Shown here: one piece after another, positions 57,425 to 64,000 of the stretch
Position numbering within the stretch: position 1 is the first letter of the stretch
Layout: each line of letters starts with the position of its first letter
Assembly: GCA_013265495.1 (NCBI GenBank)
Contig: MU059403.1
Span: 1,502,960-1,566,959, forward strand
Direction of reading: 5' to 3'
DNA: 64,000 nucleotides
Source of the DNA: Vicugna vicugna
Lineage: Eukaryota
Notes under the pieces: model-generated
Told to the model about the DNA's origin: nothing
Database searches by the model: none
Seen by the model: only the letters and a program-made list of their open reading frames with translations
Translations under genes and position numbers: made by a program

Positions 57425-60400
57425 GGCACTGGGGTCGAGACGTCTGCGCACCCAGCAAACTCTCCTCACCCTGCCCCTTCCTCTCTGAAAGTAGGGAGTG
57501 CCAGCCTTCTGCACTGGGAGCAGCCCTGCCAGCAGCTGTGCTCATTTCGTGGGTGTATGTATTTTAGACTTTTGTCAACACCTCGGGGTAAGGAAAGTGA
57601 GTAACAGCCCTGGCCTGAACCTACATGTCTAAGCCCTGGCTTCTCCGGATCCACAGATAATGTGCTCGCGCTAATCAGTTCTTCATTCTTAAAAGATTTA
57701 TCTCTTGGAGGGAGCTGCCAAAGATAGATCCTTCCTTTCCCTCGGAGATATAATCCGGGTGGAGCCACCAACCCCTTCTCTGCACGCCTGGCGTCCGTCC
57801 CGCGTTTTTCACCCGGCTCAGAACACAGGTGCGCGCTGGCGGCGGCAGCGCCCACCCTGCGGGGAAGCGTCGGTGCGACGGTTCCCGCATCGACCACGCG
57901 GGGGGGCCCGAGAGCAGCCCGGCTCGGCGGGGCGGGGGCGGGGGCGGGGGTCCCAACGCAAAGCTCCTGCCACTGGGCCACTCCAAGACCCCACGGGGCC
58001 TGCTTAGCACGAGTTCGGGCGCCCACTCAACTCTCCAGGCTTAAGGGTTTGACTCAGGATGCAGGGACACTACGGGAGGGAGTGAACACCCAGGGACGCG
58101 TTTCTGTGACTTTCTAGCAACTTTGGAGTCTGGGATGAGCAGGTTAAGCTCAGTGCCATCACTCGCATACGGACAACAGAGCTGTGTTCCTGGAGCAGGA
58201 CTCTGGTTTCATGACCCAGGTCAGGAGGGCTGCCCAGTGGGCTGTCTGCCGCCTGCGTTCATTCCTTTCTGCTGCGAGGTCTGGTCCCTGAGTGAGTGGA
58301 TTGCATGTAAAGCAGTGGCCTCGCTTGTCTGTCGGCTAAATCGGCGTTATATTCCAGCATTGTCCTGAGACATGTCGACTTCACGATGAGGATGGCTTTA
58401 ACCTGAAAGGACTGTAACTGCGGGAAGTAAAACCGGGTGCTCAGGCTCTCCAAGCCTCTTCCAAACGAGCATTTCCTCCCGGAAAGTCTGCAAACAAGCT
58501 TTGTGGGAGGAGGACTGGGGCGGGGGAAGGGAGCCACCAGCCCCCTTAGGAGGCTCTCCCTCACCTCTGGCCAGAAATCATTTACATTTCTTTGCATCCA
58601 GAGATCTGAAGGAGGCTCTGGAAAGTCCTGACTGGCCCCATTCAAACCCACACTGCCTTTCCCTCCCCCCGCCCCGCTGCTTTCTGCCCCTGTTCTTTCT
58701 CACCTGGCAAAGGAAAAAGCTGCTGCCATGGCTGCAGGCCCGTCACCGCGCAGACTGATTTCTAAAGATGGGGCAGGGGGGCCACGCCTGCGATCTGAGG
58801 TCCAGTTAGCCAACATGGCCCCTTCAGAGCCTGGTGCTGGTGTCCTGCGTTGAAGAGGGAGACTTGAATAGCCAGCAGGTGACACTTGGTCCGAGGGGCC
58901 GCCTAGTGACCTCGGGGTGGTGGCATCGCCCCTCTGCCCCCAGAGGTCAGTGTGTTGTCAACACACCCTGAACCCTGGTACTCTGAGGTCGTGGTGGCTC
59001 AGGTCTGCATCCTTAGTAGTGGGTGCATGGGCAGTGTCCCCGTGTGTGCTGAGGTCCAGCAGGGCTCCTGGGGGGCGCCCAGAGAGCTGTGTGTGGCCTT
59101 ATGCCTGGGGTGGGGCGGCTTGCAGGCCTGTCTTCTTGGGGGGCTGGCACGTGGCCCTGGGGCTCCGGATCTCTTGCTTCCTTTCTTATCCCACCCCCTA
59201 AATTCAACACAGAAGGAGAAAAGAATTTCCCAGGGGCAGGAATAGTAGAGGTTAATCTGCCTGCCTGTCCCTTTCTCTGTGTGTCTCTCTGTCTCTTCTC
59301 TGTCTCTGTCTCTGTCTTCCTCTCGCCCTTAGGCTTCCTGCAGTCTCGCCCAGTGTGCACGTGGTCACTGCAGCCACCCTCCCGGCTGTGCCCCTGCCTG
59401 GCCACAGGCCCCCAGCCAGGCTGCCCCTCCCCACACCAGGGAGCCCAGGTCTCCAGCTCAGTGCAGGGAGGCTGGGGTGGCCCCAGGACGGGAGCTCAGT
59501 GAACCGAAACATCTGAGAAAGTACATGAACTAGCCTCGAACTTGACTCAAAGCCAAATCCTAACCAGACTTTTTTTTTTAATCACAATTTGTTTTTTCAC
59601 TTTGTCTTCTTTAGTACTTTCTGGGTTTCCCAATTCTATTGAGACTCAGAACAGCCCTCTGTAGGTAGGTAAGCAGAGAGATCCAGGCTCTGAGGACGTG
59701 GCGTCCCTTGTTGTCCTGGGACCCCAAGAGTAGCGGCGCCGGAGGAGCGGGAGGAGCAGGATTCCGGCTGAGTCCTGCAGGGGCGGGGCACCCAGCTGTG
59801 CGGGGGAGGGGCAGGCACCCGGTCCGCCCTGCAGCCCAGCGCTCTGCAGTGTGCTTCGGGGGTCCCCTTAAAACACATCTTGGGTGGCAGAGGGGCTTTG
59901 ATGGAGGAGTGGTAAACAAGGGTGCGGTGAAATGTGCAGATAAAATCATGGCGGGGCCTCACCGCTTGCCTGGACTGCTCCGGGCAGTGGCAGGGCTTCC
60001 TTGAGGGACCTGGCATCTCAGCTGGGTGCCCGTCGCTGGCTTACGGCCATGATGGCTGGTCGCTGTCCAGCCATCACGTGTCCTGTTATCCTGCACACAC
60101 AGCAGTGGACAGGGGGCTGGGGAGGGGTCTCCAGATGTTGCTGTTGGAAATGCAGCCCAGAAGGTGGCTGTCAGCTGAGCCCTGAGGGGCTGGGAGGCAG
60201 CTGGGTGGGAGGGGCTGGGAGCATCCTGGGCAGAAAGCCACTCACCAGATAGTGGGGGCCTCATTAGGGGCTCTGGAAGGATGCAGGGAGTCAGGGGAGC
60301 AGGAAGGGCCCCGAGGAGGTGGGCTGGGCAGCCGGGGGAGCCTCCCAGGGGGTCAGAGCAGAGGTGCAGGCAGACTCCTGAGGCGGTCCTGATGCTGAGG

Positions 60401-62980
60401 AGGAAGGCAGGCCAGTGGTGCGTCTGTGATCCTGAGCTGGGGGAGTGGCTGGTGTTACAGCCATGATGTTGAGGGGGAGGGGCTGGTGGTACAGCTGTGA
60501 TGCTGGCGGGACCCCTCAGCTGTTCAGCCACCTCCTCGTCATGGCAGGGCCGTGCTCTGCTCCACCCACCGCAGGTAGGGAAGGGGTAGCTGACCTGGGG
60601 CTAGCATACAGGTTTTCTTTAAAATGTGAAAGCAGTAACTGGTCACCTTCGCATCAGAGGGCGGGTCCTCCTGGGGTGGGGAGGCCGGGTCAGGGGCCAT
60701 CAGCCCCGGGAGGTCTAGTCACGTCCCACTGAGCAGGTCGACGGGGGTGGGGCGGTGGCTGTGGTCACTCCCAGGCGCTGTCCTTCCCAGAGCTGACCGC
60801 CATCGGGCGGGCTTCATGTGAATCTGCAGCCAGGCCGGGCAGCGTGGTGGCTGGTTAGGGTGCTGGGGGAGAGAGGGCTCCTCACACTGTTAGGAGGGTG
60901 CTTCCGGATCTGGGGGCAATGGGTACCGCTACTAGGAAGTGGGGGAGCCCTCCTGAGGGAAGAGCCTTCATGCGTTTTTGGCGGGGGTGGCAGTGCTGGG
61001 CCCCGCGGGGGTGGGGGGAGCTCACGCCCACTTGGTGAGGACAGCAGGGGGTTATCAAGACATCAAGGCAACGAGCATGGGCTCCTATTTCTGCCTGTGA
61101 GAGGTGGGCTCAGGGAAATAAAAGCAAAACTAAGGCACCTGGGAGTTCTGAGAGGCCCTGAGCAGCCGCAGCGGACTCACTGCGTGGGGGGTCATTCCTC
61201 TCTGTCAAGCGCACAGGTTGTCGTCTGGGCAGACAGTGCCGAACTCGGAAGTGCGGTGCCCAGCCTGGGTGACCCAGTCCTGGAGACTTTTCAGTGGCCA
61301 CTTCGCCCCCTGGAGAGCTGTCCCAACCTGGAGGTACACCTGTGCCCGGGGCTCCTCAGTGGGGGCGTCAGGTGAGGCAAACGTCTGAACACTTGTGACT
61401 TCAGGTTAACTGGACCCCACAAAATGTGGGTCAAAATAAAACCTTGAAGCGACCCCAGGTGCAGCGTGGCTGCCACCTCCCCAGCCGGCGTGTCCTGGGT
61501 GAGCCTGGAGGGGCTGGTGACTGTGACAGGCAGTGACAGCCGTGCTCCTGCAGGACTCCTGAAGCTGCAGTGACTCCCTCCCTGTGTCTGCCTCCCAGCT
61601 GCAAAGTGACCTGGGGGCGTCGTTTGTAGAGAAGCAGGATGCTGGTTGAAATAACCCTTGTATGACCTTGTGGGGTCTGAGGACACGGACACGTCTCCTG
61701 GCCCATCGGGGTCCCTGTGGGGTGGGGGTCGGATGGCGGCCTCCGGCTCCCCCTCCACGGGCTCTGGCCTCCCTTCCGAGCCTGGATCCCCTCGGAGGTC
61801 CTGCTGGGACTCTGTCTGGCCCTGCAGAGGGAAGGGCCTGGCTGTCCGGGGGCTTTGTCCCGTCTCTCCTCTCCCCGTGGTCTAGGAGGGGCCCTCCTGC
61901 TGCTCCTCTGATTCTGGCTGCGTCGTGTCTGCCCTCTCTCCCTGGCTGGACGCTGGAGGTCCTGTGGAGACGCTCTGATGTGGAATTTGGGACAACTCAA
62001 GATCTTTTCCAAAAAGACTCGAGGGACCTCGTGATGACGAACTCTGCAGGCGTGGCCAGGCCGTCGGGGGTCCCGTGCTGGAGGCCGGCTGGCTGCGGTC
62101 CCATCCCCGGGCCTCAGAGATGACTGTTGGTCAGGGTCAGGGGGATGTAGGGCTGGCGGGTTCAGGGCCCTGTTCACAGTGACTCACCCGCACTGACCCT
62201 CTGTTCCCCACCCGGTGCAGTGGGTGGGCAAGTCACCCCCATGTTGCAGAGGAGGACATCGGGGCCTATTTGATGAAGTGCCCAGGGTCACTCCACTGGC
62301 TGCCTGGCGGGTGGGCTCCTGACGTGAGGGATGGGACGGGACGGGACGATGCCGTCAGCTCGGGTTTTGTGAGTGAGACATTCAGGCCAAGGGCGTGAGC
62401 CTGGCTGACCTCACTCCAGGAGAGGCTGCAGAGTCCGCCGGGGCCTGGAACGTGGAATCTGGGTCAGAGGCAGGAAGCACAGGCCGGGACAGCCTGGCCG
62501 GGAGCCTCCTGCGGCACCTGCGGGGCGAGGTCCCCCCGCGGGTACTTAGAAGATGCGTTCCTGGAATTCGGCGTGTGTAGGCCGACCTGGTGGGGGGTGG
62601 GGGCTGGTGAGAGGCGATCTGGGCACCGCGGGGCCTGGGCCCTGGGCTGGGGGGTCTTTGCAGCTCAGGGAGAGCCCAGGGGTTGTCCCCGTGGGAACCC
62701 TGAGTCGGGGGGGTGTCACTGGGTGTTCGTCCCCGGCTTTCCTTCCCTCCTCTCTGACTCACACGCCTCTTTCGACAGCAGGTGTTTGGCTTTTATTATC
62801 TTGGTTGAGCCGTGATTCTCTCCCTGAGATTTTGAACTCTTTCTAGACCCTTTGAAGATAACTTTTAATTAATTGTAAATAAGATAAAATTGACTTTGAT
62901 TGACTGACGCCGTGGAAGATTTTCCCAGGTGCACCCCATCCGCCTCAGACGTACAGGCTACAGTCACACGGTGATTAAAC

Positions 62981-63243
62981 GGGGGGGGGGTGGAGGGAAA
63001 CGGGAGTCTGGGGTTTGCAGATGCTAACTGCTGCGCACAAAGTAAACAGCAAGGCCCTGCTGCGGAGCGCAGGGAGGCACGGCGCTATCTCGTGGTGAGG
63101 AGTAACCTGTAATGAAAGAGAGTATGAGGAGGAACACAGGTATGTGCGTGTATGGCTGGGACACCATGCTGTCCGCCAGCGAGGGCACAGCATTGCAAGT
63201 GGGCTGTACTTCAGTTAAATAAAGGAAGTATACATAAAAAAAA
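62981..63243 (+). mobile_element. LINE-1 3' UTR fragment with A-rich tail, in SMOC2 intron 1
   Basis: ggaggg...gggagtctggggtttgcagatgctaactgct...cagcaaggccctgctg...taacctgtaatgaaagagagtatga...ctgtacttcagttaaa follows the cetartiodactyl L1 3' end, heavily GC-shifted. Confidence 0.85.
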
Positions 63244-64000
63244 GTACTTGAGACCCACGCAGTTAGCAACCCAGGACTCCTTAAGTGAAATTGACCTCAA
63301 ACGCCAGCCTCCAAGCGGCTGTCTGGAAGAAATGACGGGCTATCCTTAGGGGGCCAGGGAGGTAGAGGAGCTTTTAGGGGTCAGTTCAGTCCCTTCATTT
63401 TGTAAGGAGAAAGCGGAGCCCCGGGAGCCAGGGGCAGCCAGGTGCGCAGCCCAGGTGTTGGCACTCAGCGTCACCAACCCTCCGCCTTCCTGCTTTGCTG
63501 GCTGGAGGTTGAAAGTGAAATTTAGTGCCAGGTTTTAACCAAAACCAAATATGAATTCAGCATCCAAATCGTCCTGGTATCTTCATTATTATATAAAACT
63601 GATTTTGGTGGAAACACGTTACACACACAATGAATGGCACGACTCCTTAAAATTAACGAGCGACAGTAACGTCAGTGCCACCGTGGTGTCTCTTTGGCTT
63701 CCATGTGAGTTCATGGTGAGGCAGCGGTCTGTGCACTGTGAGCGTGAGGAGGGCGACGTGTCTCCGAGGCGCCGGGCCTTGTTATGAGGGGTTTGGCTCA
63801 CAAGATAAGCAGAACTGAACCTCTTCCCCCTGCGGTACTGGGCGCGCTGTGAATTTCTGGGGAACCACTTTTGAGATCTTGGGCACTTTGTAGAGAACAC
63901 ATGAAAACGCACTATGCAGGATGCTTTTGGGCGTCTCCCTTTTGGGGCAGTTAAGGTTCAATACTGTGGCTCTTCATTTGGCTGCTGTGTTGAGTGTCGA

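Larger units (their letters stand above)
48991..64000 (+). other. SMOC2: SMOC2 intron 1 (5' part; continues beyond the window)
   Basis: Starts at a canonical GT donor. I found no exon encoding the expected Kazal/follistatin-like continuation (FLRVDQDKD...) downstream. This fits the long first intron of mammalian SMOC2. Confidence 0.8.

Noticed and set aside
61431-62177. 248-aa minus-strand ORF and the other 150-245-aa ORFs in the window
   Set aside because: No homology recognised and no exon structure; composition simply reflects GC content.

Overview
This is GC-rich mammalian genomic DNA, almost all non-coding, with one 133-N assembly gap (37965-38097). The only protein-coding sequence I can support is SMOC2 exon 1 on the + strand: CDS 48907-48990, MLLPQLCWLPLLAGLLPPAPAQKFSALT, followed by a GTGAGT donor. 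It lies in a promoter CpG island. About 49 kb of upstream intergenic DNA precedes it, and 15 kb of intron 1 follows; I found no exon 2 in the window. The rest is ancient eutherian repeats (L2, MIR, MLT1/MLT2 LTRs, MER5A, a Tigger1 deletion derivative), LINE-1 fragments with cetartiodactyl-type 3' ends, minisatellites and microsatellites. I saw no recognisable ruminant, pig, whale, carnivore or primate SINE, so a camelid-like genome is a tentative guess. Nearly all listed ORFs are chance products of high GC. I found no new gene system. The most unusual signals are: (1) a perfect 26-bp-arm palindrome in SMOC2 intron 1; (2) strongly AT-to-GC-shifted transposon copies suggesting GC-biased gene conversion; (3) two complementary L1 pieces that may mark a ~4-kb inversion; (4) two short isolated dispersed duplications; (5) a two-monomer minisatellite that arose inside an L2 fossil; (6) candidate cis-regulatory elements. 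All repeat-family calls rest on consensus sequences recalled from memory and need a RepeatMasker/Dfam run.
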